Below, piece after piece: positions 49,061-60,522 of a stretch of DNA of 64,000 nt. Source of the DNA: Rhodosorus marinus CCMP1338 (Eukaryota > Plantae > Rhodophyta); assembly GCA_029953675.1 (NCBI GenBank), contig JAMWBK010000001.1, positions 930,001 to 994,000 on the forward strand. The letters run 5' to 3'. Both the position numbers and the translations under genes were made by a program. A model generated the notes under the pieces. The model saw nothing but the letters and a program-made list of their open reading frames with translations, searched no databases and was not told the origin of the DNA. Each line of letters opens with the position of its first letter. The stretch's first letter is position 1.

Positions 49061-49867
49061 ATGGGTTTCGTGAGTGGGTTTTCGGTTCAGAGGAGTCAGG
49101 CGGGAGGGTTTCTGGGTAGTCCAGTTGCACGTGCCGGAAAGAGAACGGCTGTAGTGAGGAGGAGCGGCGTGAGTACGATCAGGGCTTTGGTGTTTACCCA
49201 TAAGGATGTGAGCGAGGAATGTAGTAATATGGTTGTTTCTGGAGAGGACTGCCGTGGTCATCTTTTGTCGATCAGCAGGGTTATTGACGAGTTGGGAATC
49301 ACAGTCGAGAAGGGATTCATTAGTACCTCAAATGACAAAGTGAACAACAGTTTCACGGTTTCCAAGGAAGGAAGAAAGCTTTCTCCAGAAGAGATTAGCG
49401 AGGTGAGATTGGCGATCAATTTTGCGTGCAACAGGGTGGAACCTGCTCTAATGCACGATTTTCTCACCTCGTAGCTCAGGGAAAGGGTGGAACTGATCAT
49501 ATCTTCAGAGCCGCCACCATCTGACCTGGAAACAAAGCGCGACGTTCCCGATCACAGCCGAACTCCCAACGTAAACCATGACTACAACTCAGGAGCGTAC
49601 GTCCTCGTGGACAATCAGCGGTCACAGGAGTTTACGTCCGTTACCATCAGTGGTCCTAACAGAGCTGAAATTTTCTCCAAGCTTCTCGAGGTTATATCTA
49701 GCTACGGCTGTAACATTATCTTTGGATTATTGTCGACATTCGATTACGACACGACGAGAAGACACGACGTCCTACATGTTGTGGCGTCGGATAGTCGACC
49801 AGTTGACGAACCGACCCGCATCGCGCTTTCCAATACTCTCACCAACGTGTTGAGAGATCTTACTTAA
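49061..49867 (+). CDS. Plastid-targeted protein with two ACT-like domains (ACR-type); intron 49403-49474
   Basis: MGFVSG... transit peptide; VSGEDCRGHLLSISRVIDELGITVEKGFIST and VTISGPNRAEIFSKLLEVISSYGCNII are ACT-like; splicing gives LSPEEISE|LRERVELII. Confidence 0.72.
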
Positions 49868-51720
49868 GGAGCAGGCAAAAGGCCAAAAGGATTAAAGCAT
49901 CGTTTCTCTGGCCTCGAAAACGGGCAGGAGTTTTTGGTACAAGCGCACGAGATAACGATCGCAAACGAGGGAAAGGGTATCCGGTTTTCTCCGCTTCATT
50001 CAAGTTTCGAAATCAATTCATGTTTACTGTACCTTGGGTTGTAAATCCCTTTAAGGAACATCAAACCTTGCCGGTGTCTGAATGCTAAAGAGCGTTTTGA
50101 ATCCGATCAGGAATATTCCGAGAGGCGGAGCGCCTACGGAGTAGCGCCTCACGAGACCCCCGAACTGTGATCTCCGGCAGCCTCATATGGTTCCCCTTTC
50201 ACACGCCTCCTACATCATCATCAACACATGGGCGGCACCCTCTTGCCAAGGCTACGTCTAGTTTAACACCGTAAACCGCTTCATAACCCTCACCATCGCT
50301 CTTCCAAGCAGGGCTACCCACAAACTCAACCCCCGATTCAAATTCTCGCTGTTGGAGGGTCCGATAGGTCTTTAAGATATCAAATACGTCCCAACAATTC
50401 ACCTTGTCTGATGCAGTCCTTTTCAACTTCGTGCTCTTCTGACTATTCACCGGAGACCATCTGTTCTCATGACTACTTAGAACTCGACAGTCGCTGCTAG
50501 CGACCATGCTCGCTACCATTGGGCATGTGTTCAGGACTGGTTTCCGGTTGAACAACGTGCACTGAGTGAGGCACCCGAATCAGTCTGAAAGCGGTTTCGC
50601 TTCTCCCTTTCCTTCGATCAGAATGGTTGTGGGGATTAGTAGAAGAAGGGCGTCTTGAGCCTTGCTCCGGTCGACGGGGCTCCCTACCCACTTTCATTGT
50701 CTCGTTATGCTGGTGTTGACGTGCAGGGAAGTTCTGGTAACCGGAAGCTTGACATTTTGAAAAAATTCACAATGCTATTAGCTGGAATCAAGGCCAGATC
50801 TTTTGTTGAGTCAGTGCACCGCAGTTGCGTTTTTTTGACAGAAGATGCTGGTCCTCTTGGACGTGGAACGATTTCTCGAAAAGCAAACTCGTAAATCCTT
50901 TTTTCCTCCACAATCGGAAGTGTGGTGAGTGAGATAAGCACCCAAACTCCGAGCACAAAATACTTGTACCTGGTGGAGACGGTGGTCTGGCACACTACGA
51001 GAGGACTCTTGGAATACTCGCTGCAATGACAGGATCAGCGCTAAGCGCAAGGCGGCAGACGAAATCGAGCGCAATGAAGCCGACAACTCAATTACAAGAG
51101 ACACTCGAGTCGATCTAAAAGGGAGTTCGGACCCCAACGACAACACGTGGGGCTCCAAACACAGACTTCCGAGAACTAATCGGACTGGAGTCTCTGATCG
51201 ATTCTCCCGAACGAACGAAAGTGGAAGCTAAAATAGCTGACGCCTGTCGAAATCCGAGATGTGGACCATGGCTCCTCATCTCCGCATGCGGCCTAGTTTG
51301 AACGTTCGTTGAAGCGTTATCGTGAAGGAGGGCTTAGATTTCTCTAGTTTGTTTACGATTCACGCTTGCAGAAGGAGCATCATGCGTCCTCGCTACGATT
51401 ACTTCAGTGTTTTCAAACACGAGCAAATATTTGGCGTCGTCTATTTAGAACCCCTTCGTTTATAGTGCGTTATTTTACCTCCTGGATTATAGCGCGTCCA
51501 CTTCGCAATGGACGTCAACGCTCCAATATTGTTACAAATTGTCTATGTGCTCTGCAGTACCTGAGGGGGGTCACGCATGGCTTTACCGGAGGTGATTCAG
51601 CTGCAGGAGAGCAGAGCCCGTCGACTTAGTCTTTGAGCAACAGCCCAAGAAACTGCGTCTGCTTACGTTTGTACGATTCTGAGACAGCATCCTCGAGCTC
51701 TGAAGACTGGAAAGCGTGAC

Positions 51721-52317
51721 CTAGAACCCGTCCATGCCGAAGGGATAGTAGGATATCACCTGACCAAGCTCGTATGACACCCAAAACGCTAACCCAATCG
51801 GTACGCCAACAAGAAGAGTAAACAATGCATACGTTAGGATGGTGAAGTCATCGTTCTCGCCCTTGACAAATTCGTATCCAGTGAGCAGTTGCAGTTCTCT
51901 CAACGAGTCCTTCAATTCCCGCATGTCCTCTTCAGAGTCCTTCCTCATTTCCTTCAAGTCGCGCATCTGGGACTTTAACTTCGCCCTACGCGATTCGTAC
52001 CAATACCATCGGTTGAGTCTGTCAAGGGGGTCATCCGAGGCCGCGCCAACCAAAAAATCAAACATCTGGCCCTCCTCCAAATCAACGACCTTCTCTTCCC
52101 CATCCGGACCCTTCATCCGGAGTTTGGCATCGCCATCCGATGCATTCCACTCTATTTGAACCTTGTCTTCTCGCTCGCCATTCTCACCCTCAGCATCCTT
52201 AGACTCCTTCATACAAACCCATCCTACCCCCCGACGTCTCCTTGTCAACAACCGTTGACCACGTCCCTCAACACCCAACCTACACCCCCCACTCCCCACA
52301 AAAGCAAGACCCATCAT
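51721..52317 (-). CDS. Uncharacterised plastid-targeted membrane protein (coiled coil plus C-terminal transmembrane helix); intronless
   Basis: MMGLAFVGSGG...RRRR transit-like N-terminus, heptad segment KLKSQMRDLKEMRKDSEEDMRELKDSLRELQ, and hydrophobic ILTYALFTLLVGVPIGLAFWVSY. Confidence 0.7.
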   Translation of the reverse strand: MMGLAFVGSGGCRLGVEGRGQRLLTRRRRGVGWVCMKESKDAEGENGEREDKVQIEWNASDGDAKLRMKGPDGEEKVVDLEEGQMFDFLVGAASDDPLDRLNRWYWYESRRAKLKSQMRDLKEMRKDSEEDMRELKDSLRELQLLTGYEFVKGENDDFTILTYALFTLLVGVPIGLAFWVSYELGQVISYYPFGMDGF

Positions 52318-52828
52318 TTTCCTCCTCAAATCCTATCCAAATCCATTCGGTAGAGCCCCTCCGACATCAACTACTCTCTCCCAGAAACCACTGCCATCCA
52401 ATCTAATCCAAAAAAAAAATTCGTACCCTCCAGAAACCAACATAGCGCCACCAGGCACTCTTCCAACTCTTCTCCCCCCAACCCCCCGGCACGCTCCCAA
52501 ACCTCCAAAACACTCCCCACAGTTCCACAATTCCACCTCCTTCAAAAAGCGGAGCGTTCATCAGCAATCGCACTCAATCAAAGAGCTCCTCGAGATTTTC
52601 CCCTTTCGATTGAGAATATCCGTCCAAGTTCGTCTTTAACCATTTTGGAGAGTTGGGGATGATATGTCTAGACTTGTGACCAAGTGGGTCGAGGTTTTTT
52701 TCGCTGTTTACCCCTCTAAACCTCCCTGTTTTCGCGGGTTTAATCACTTCTGCGTCGCAAAGAGCGAAAAACACGACCCACTTGGGACAACTCTAATATT
52801 ACAACAATCAATTTATCCAGAGTCTATC

Positions 52829-53381
52829 CTACCCTGAGGAGCGAAAAAATTAGACCGCTGATGACGCGCGTCCAACAACAAAGCTTCATCGATTTGGTCG
52901 GAGGTTGAGGTTCCCGAATGAGACACTCTAGGAAGCGCGTGGAGGGGGCACCTCCAAAACTAGGGCAGCATTTACAGCGCCCGAAAGTCAAACTCAAAGC
53001 ACGTACGGTCCGGAGGGAAAGAGCATCAGGGCGGTCGCGGTGACCCCCCCGCAACCAAGCACTCTCCGGCACTATCTCAGAATCTGAAAACCTTCACTCA
53101 AGTGGGACAGACGGATAAGCAAGCCCGAACTGCAAAGCCTTCAGCTTGGGTAAGCGCCTCCGTGTGTACGCTGACTCCTTATGCCTCCGCAAAGTATTCG
53201 TAGCGCCAACAAAGCAAGGTTCGAACGCCAGAGAGTCAAGGGACAGTTCCGTGAGGAGGCTGTGAAGACGGCCGGCGCCACTGCGAAAAAACACGACATA
53301 GTCAGCAAGAAGCACCACTGTCTAAAAGATTAGAGCACACGATGATCAGCGGTGCAAAACCGATGAGACAATGCAGAGTCG
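52829..53381 (+). repeat. Degenerate dispersed repeat homologous to 28308-28532 (-), with 322 bp of extra internal sequence
   Basis: Same conserved blocks as the 28 kb copy, interrupted between two copies of CAACAAAGC (52876-52884 and 53207-53215). Confidence 0.7.
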
Positions 53382-54628
53382 TGAAAGGTTGGATGAGTCA
53401 TCGACTCACCAGCTATGACTGCCGGCAGCACCAGGACGTCGGTCAATATTATTCGAGGTTGGGGACCCCAATTTTATGTGGTAACCCTCCTCAGAATTTT
53501 GCACCTTGAAAACGCACAAAGATGCCCCCCGCTCTAAAAATTTCATGAATCGCTAGATTATCGAATAGGTTCAAATTTGTGACTATCAACCTCTTGAGCT
53601 ATAACGCATTCGCACGATGACCCAAATTAGTCTTGCTCGGTATTAATTTAATCCATTCGTCATTGAAACATCGTCATGGAGGGGATTGGCGGGGGAATCC
53701 CTTGACGAAGGATTTATAAAGCGGGTGGGCATTGAGTTGCGGATCTAGCCCGGATACCCACGGGCACGTACGTGTACTTAACGATCCCTTGTCCCGCTCG
53801 TTATAGATGTCTTTAGATTCTTGGATAGCGCTGGGGATGCTTTGCTTGCAGGAGTGTTACCGCGACCCCCCCCGATGGCCTTTCCCGACTGATACTTCTT
53901 TCATTTAAACTCTTTGGCGGTGTAGCTTGGTTTTGGAGGGGCGCTCTGTACGCCCTTCCTAGAGTATATCATTCGGGGACCGTAACCTACGATTTTACCT
54001 ATCAGAACCATCATGTCGAAATTGGTGCTGACCCCACCGGAAAAAGAGGTCGCAACCAAAACAGATCGTTCTCTTCGTCAATGGGAGATTAGTTCCGTGG
54101 AGATCCTGATTTAGGGTCGCATTTTTAGGGTTAGGATATTTCATGTGCAAGAAGGAAGTTGTGGATCCTAACGAGTGCATGGGGTTCCTCTGGTACTCTG
54201 GTAGTGCGCGTCTGGTAGTGCGCGTTCGTGTGGGGTAGTCGCCGGGACAGTTCGGGACAGTTGAGCGTTCGCGTGGGATTGTCGCGGGACAGTTGAACGT
54301 CTTATCAGATTCGGAGGAAAGGGATGATACGAGTTGAGTAGGAGGAGATGAACTGAATCCGACGATCGCGAGTTCGGGTTGATTCCAGGGACGTGATTTC
54401 TCAGAATTGACAGTTTCAGGGCGTACGAGCTTTGAAAAGAAGGATTGGATGCTTGCATCGTAACCCGCGGACTTGCTGAGTTGCCGGTATATGCGCATGA
54501 ATGGACCTGGTAAATGCTCTATTTTGAACTGGGATCCTGAAGCTTGCGCACTGTTTTGATCACGGAGCGTTCGGCTCCGCTGCTTCGTTTTTATGTTGGG
54601 CCGTGGGGATAAATCTTAGCTTTGCAAC

Positions 54629-57600
54629 ATGGGTGATCACACCGAAGCTCTCTGTGGAAATGAGGGTTCCACCTGCATCATCGGAACCCCGCGTGACTGC
54701 ATTGGGGAGGAATGCGGGGACTTCGTTCCAGCGCTTGTATTTCCGTTTCTTGCGCTTGGGATCGGGTTGATCGTTCATCCCATATCGATGAAGTTCCGAG
54801 TCCCGTATACTTCGATGCTCATGGTTATCGGTACTATCCTTGGAGTGCTTGGTTGCTCTGTGGAGATGGCACTCCTTACTGAGTCCCTTAAGATTTGGGC
54901 GCACATTAGTCCTCCGACACTGTTCTTTTACATATTTTTGGCCCCTCTCGTGTTTGAAACAGCCTTCAACACGGACGCGTACCTGTTCAGCAAGCTGTTC
55001 TTCCACATTGTATACCTGGCTTTTATAGTTGTGGTTGCTCAGGTGTTCCTGGTGGCCGTCTGGCAGCTGTATGTGATCCAAAGCCCAGAATGGACGCTAT
55101 TCACTGCGCTTGTTTTCGGCTCGATGCTTTCCGCGACGGACCCAATCAGCGTTACCGCAACGCTCAAACAGCTCGGAGTCAATGAAAACCTTAACACTCT
55201 GATTGAAGGGGAGTCTCTCCTCAACGATGGCAGTGCCGTTGTTTTCTACGAAGCTTTCCTCGACGCTGCCCTGGAAGGGAGTTCAAGCGCGGGCAGGTAA
55301 ACAAATCGCGCGTATTATCTTCCAAATCCTTTCATGCTGGGCGATACCACTCGCTCAACTTTGCCGTAAAACTTTGCTCGGCCTTTCTACTAGCGTCATC
55401 GTAAGACTTCTTCGACTGTCCCTCGGCGGGGTGGCTATGGGAATGGCGTTTGCTCTAGTTGCAATCTGCTTCCTGGCTGTGGTGTACGAGATGTTTGAGG
55501 TCGAAGTGAGCATGACTATCGTCGTCGCTTTCCTAGGGTTTTGGACCGCTCAGTCACCTGCGCTGCTTTCTGGCGTTATTTGCAACGTGACTGCCGGAGT
55601 CATGCTGAGCGCCTTTGGAAAGCGTCTTGTGTCGCCTTTAGTACGAGACCCGCTTCAAAAAATTTGGGAGTTGCTGTCATGGCTTGCCAATACAATTGTG
55701 TTCGTGTATGCGGGACTCTTGGTGGTAGCATATATTTGGTCTTGTGCTGGAGATCCATTGCAGTGGTTTGACTACGTGCACATTCTGACGTGGTATGCAT
55801 ACTTGAACTTGCTTCGGTTCGTTCTCGTGTTCTTGTCCCATCCGATCATCCGCCTCGGCAACAAATGGTACGGTTTCAAACAAGCTGCAGTTGTTTCCTA
55901 CAGCGGACTTCGGGGCGCCGTCACGCTGATCCTAGCACTGGAGGTGGGTGGCACCGCCGAGTTGCCGAGTAGCGTCCGATCCCGAGTGGTGGTTTGGTCT
56001 GCGTCTATCGTTGCCCTCACCCTGTTCGTAAACGGCTCGACGATTAGCACATTGTTGCATTTGCTTCGTCTTGACCTACCCGATCCGGTGAAAGAGGTAA
56101 TGCAAATCGGAACACATGCAACGCTTACACCTGCGTCCATTGTCTCTGACTCTTGGTCAAACGGTTTTGTGTTTTAAACGCATCACCTTTGAATTCGCTT
56201 TCCGTTTCAGGACTTTCTGTGGCGCGCACGAGCAGCGATGTTGGAAAGCACTTATGAGATTCTCGATCGTGAGGCAATCGAGGAGTACACAAAGTACTGT
56301 TCATGGTCGACAGTTGCTAGGATGGTACGCATGTATGAAATCGACTGTGGTTTGATCCATACTGAGGGCGCCACAATTGCCTTTGGACCCGTAAAAAACA
56401 AGCGGACCGGCTCACATGAGGAGCTTTTCCTTATTTAAATTGCGATAAGGTTGTGCCCGAAGGCTGGGTCCAAGACGTTGGAAAGCTGAGGAGGGCTCTT
56501 CTAGCAACGCACAGCAAGGGTCGGAGCTCGCGGATGTCGTTTTACAGGCCGTCGGCGTCAGCGATGAGCCGTCGCTCGATAGAGGATGTTCATGGAGCAC
56601 CCCTTGTTGGCGTGCCTGAGGCCGTGATAGGATATGTTGCTCAGGAGATTACGCCTAATCGAGGCATTCCAAGGGGTGAAGCGGCTCGAGCGCCAGGCGA
56701 CAAGGCAGATGACATTGAGACTAGCCAAATAGCCGCCGAGGAGAAGGAAAACAAGTTGGCAGGGGAACTCGAGGAGGAGTTTGCAAAGATCAGAGTAAAT
56801 CAACAACTGGGAGGGGCTCTGGACGTTGAAATCCGTAGGCGGTTCCTTATGTCGCTGTTAGAAGCTAGCCGAGAACGGAATGCGACTTCCACGTTTGACT
56901 TTTTGCTGCTGACAGTGCTCACCGAGGACATCAAGTACGCGCTGGACGCGAACGATATGGGAGAAGTTTACAACCTGTTTGAGTTTGTCGCTGACAATCC
57001 ACGAAAGCTACCCGTGCCGCACTGGATGGACTCGGTTGTAGCTTTTTTTCAGAGATTCCTAGACCGGATGTTGCTCAGGTTGTTTTCCAAGTCCAGGTAC
57101 GACAGACGAATAGTACTTGCAACGATGGTAGTGGAGGCGGTCAAGCACGCATTGGACGAACAGTTCTTAGAAAACTCGGAGCTCGTCCACAAGGAAGCCA
57201 GTACACTCTATGCATTGACCAGCGGGTACTTGACCAACCTCGAATCGGCTGAACCGGAAGCATTCACCAGAATTCAGACGAAGACTATTATCCAAAAAAT
57301 CTTCACCCTTCAGCTCGAGAGCCTTCGGCAGCTCCGTACTGATGGTAAGATTGACATGGAGGAGTACGAGGTAATCAAGGAGGAACTTATACAACTGCAG
57401 CGACAGTGGTACATGCGCATATCAAAATCTATACCATCCGTAAAATGGGCGAAAGAGCAGGACGTCGAACTGCTGAGAATGCTTCCCAGCTTCTACCATT
57501 TGGAGTCAGAAGTCTTCGAAACGTCGGTTCTCGAAAAAGGAAGATTTGTTGGGCTCAAAAACGGTGCTATTGTCCCATCTGAAGATGCCGTTCTGTTCGT

Positions 57601-58486
57601 TTTGCGGGGTGGTGTTGAAATCCGTAGGAGCAGGTCGAGTATTATCGGTGAGATGGGGGCAACCGTTGGTCTCGACACTCTAGTGGATTTGCGGGAGGGC
57701 GTCTCATCCGTTCCCGTGCATGTTTGCATTTCCCGTTACGGTGTCATTTTACCCTTGGACTTCTTTGCCCATTCACAATGCGAAACGTCGCAGCACTATT
57801 GCTGCCAGATTATTGGAGAAGCAACTGTGTTCATCCTCCCCAGAGATGTGATGCGTGAACTTGCTGAACAATACCTTCCGCTCAAGGAGGAACTCGCGAG
57901 GCACATGGTCCGCCTTGTTTCATATGCAATTGCTTCTGCGACCGGCCCATGGAACGATAGTGTCGGTGACGGCGAGAATGAGACTCCCCTCGAAGCGGGA
58001 AAAGCTTTATTGCAAAGCCTTCCGTATTCGACTTTCGTGACGCTGGAAGGGGATCAGGCGTCAACTCTATTGAGAGGACCTGCTTTTTTGATTCGCGGAA
58101 GAGTATCGGTGCTGAGGAAGAGCGTGCCTGGCTATCTGTTGGACAAGCAAAAGCATCAACATGTAGAGGAGTACGACGCACCGGCAATCCTTCCGAACGG
58201 GTGGGTGACCGTTGAGAAACTGGCGTCTCAATCGGCGGAAGGACCTGATAGAGTTGAAATCGTCGTGGAAGCTTCCATATCACGAGACGAAATTGCCGCG
58301 AACCGGATAAAACGCTGGAACGAATCCCCGTTTCTCGTGGATGCGAATGGTCGATTTGGATTTCATAGACACGTTGAAACGCTGGAGGTAATGGGCCAGA
58401 GTGAAGGTGGGCCCTCGCTCGATCATGGATCTGATGCTGGAGATCTCCCATCCGCTAGTGTTGAGGAACGACCCAGTGATCAGTGA
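54629..58486 (+). CDS. SOS1/NHX7-like (CPA1) Na+/H+ antiporter, copy 1; about 4 exons; long cytosolic tail with a CNBD-like region
   Basis: RVPYTSML, IFLAPLVFETAF, LSATDPISVTATLKQLG, LIEGESLLNDGSAVV, VYAGL, YSGLRGAVTLILAL, LFVNGSTI, and C-terminal LRMLPSFYHL...LFVLRGGVEI. Confidence 0.92.
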
Positions 58487-59229
58487 ACGCGTAATCGAGC
58501 TCGTGGGAGTGCCAAAGCAGTGTTGGAGAACGGTTCACAATGCATACGCCAGAACGATACTTTGAGACTATCGTGCGCCAGCGACGCCTCTGCGAGAGAG
58601 CGATATGGACACAGAGTTCGACACTTCGAGACAGATAGCATCTAGCGCCCCGATTTTCGCTGATCCACAAAAAAAGCCTCTGCGGAGTAAAAACTAAGGT
58701 CAGCCCCTTTTTGGTAAAGATTACCGTTTGTCAGCATATATATTCTAGTGAATAATTGCCGAAAATAGCTGCACTCCATCGGATCAATCAATCCCCTAGG
58801 AACAAGTAGCCAAAGCGACAACAAAGCCCTACTGCCCCCAAACAAATTACGACGCTAGCTATATTGTCTCGTCCCGTCTCGTCTCGTCTCGTTCATCATG
58901 CGCTTATTCAGAGCCGAACTGTTTGCAATGAAAAATCGCCTTGTCTTGACTCGTCTTTCGCTGAAAATCGTGTTCAACATGCGCTAATTTAGCAGACCAT
59001 CTTTGGCATAGAATCAGTAGGATCAACCCGCGCATCTTTGTTCCTGGAGACCTTTTCGAGTGGTTACAGCCCGCTCAAGGTCACTCCCTTGGACAGGTGA
59101 GAAACAGAGAAGGGATGTGCATATACGTTCACAAGGAACTTTTTGATCACTTCGCCACCGCGCACACCTCTTGCCTCCAAAAAAACTGGATATTGTATTT
59201 TGGAAGAAATAATGTGCACCATTCAGCTT

Positions 59230-59950
59230 TTTACATCAGGGGGGTCTAACTGTTGCTTGAATGAAGCCTTTTCGCCCTGTTCTGTGCAACATTGCGCGAT
59301 TGTTAGCTGGCGAACGGGTCACACCTCGGCCTGCTAGTATGTAAACTAATTATTAATGCGTTTATAAGCTGGATAATTAAGGAATCCAGCTACCACCGCC
59401 AACCACCACAAGACCGTGAGCAGTTCGATCCTATCCGCTTCCCAAAATCCCCCCACCCAACCACGAAGGAGACTTTCGAGCACTTAACATCATTATTCCG
59501 TGAATGACTTTTCTACTCCCAATCCGCCTCTGGATCAAACATGTGAACTAAAAGAGGTTGCAAAACTCGATGCTTACTGGTTGACTTCTTTGGAACAACC
59601 AATGGCGTATCATTCAACTGTTCAGGCCGAGCGTTGTCACATGATGTTCTGTTCAACATCGGGGGGATTGTTTAACGGTTTGCTTGGGTAACCTCTGTCT
59701 GGCAGCATGTAAACTAATAATTAATCTGTTTATTTCCTCAATACCTCAGTTTTTCAGCTACCACCTCCAACCACCACAACACCCTCAATCATATCCCCTT
59801 CCCACAACCCGCCCCCCCCCCCAAAACCATGAAGCTTTGCAAGCAAAGAACGACCGTATTCCTCGACTGACTTTTCTCCTGCCATCATCCAACTCTGCAT
59901 CGCATCGCACATGTGAAAATTAATACCGTTGACAATACTCGATGTGTACT
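59230..59950. repeat. Degenerate tandem duplication, period about 370 bp, between the antiporter paralogues
   Basis: ATGTAAACTAAT at 59339/59707, CAGCTACCACC.CCAACCACCACAA at 59387/59755, CTCGATG at 59566/59938. Confidence 0.8.
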
Positions 59951-60522
59951 ACTAGTGAACTTTCGACCATCTTCCGAGTTTTCTTGATTGAAGTCAATCC
60001 AATAAAGTACACTTCAGCAAAAAATGAATCTCATCCTGATAAACAAATATATATTTCCATTTCAAGATCGGTTGAGTTTTTTTCCTAAATAATTTATACA
60101 TTTAGTTCGATTGTCATCTAATAGATCGTTTTTACATACGGTTTTAACGATTTTGAGAGATGGGGGTGAGGATTCTGGAAGGGGGGTAGGGCAGGAGGTG
60201 CCATGCGCTTTTCCCAGAAGCTTATTGGCGCAGCAGGGAAAGAAGGGTTGCGAGAGAAATTGGTGGTTGCTTGAAATTATCTGCTGAGAAGGGTGGGGTG
60301 GGGGGGGGGGGCGGGGGACTTTGTGTACTTTTGGGGCCGCATGGGGCGGTGTGGTGGATGGGGGGAGAGGTGAGGAGAGCGTATACGAGACGCGCTTATA
60401 TTGTTCGTTGCGCCGTCTCTGTGTCTGTTCCCGGAAGCTACCGGGAAGGATGACCCTTGAGTGAGGTTTGAGTTTCTGAAAAGAAGCTGCTCTAAAGGAC
60501 AAGGTTCTCGAGGGCTTTTGAT

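Noticed and set aside
49403-49474. In-frame TAG between the two ACT ORFs, suggesting stop-codon readthrough
   Set aside because: The TAG is the acceptor of a 72-nt GTGAGA...CTAAT...TAG intron. Splicing gives a clean helix, EEISE|LRERV.
50122-50150. Short GC-rich hairpin GAGGCG...CGCCTC
   Set aside because: Single copy with a short stem. It cannot be distinguished from chance.
54190-54300. Short local repeats (CTGGTAGTGCGCGT x2, CGGGACAGTT x3) and a (GTCTC)n tract at about 58866-58892
   Set aside because: Consistent with ordinary slippage. There is no spacer structure, so these are not CRISPR-like.
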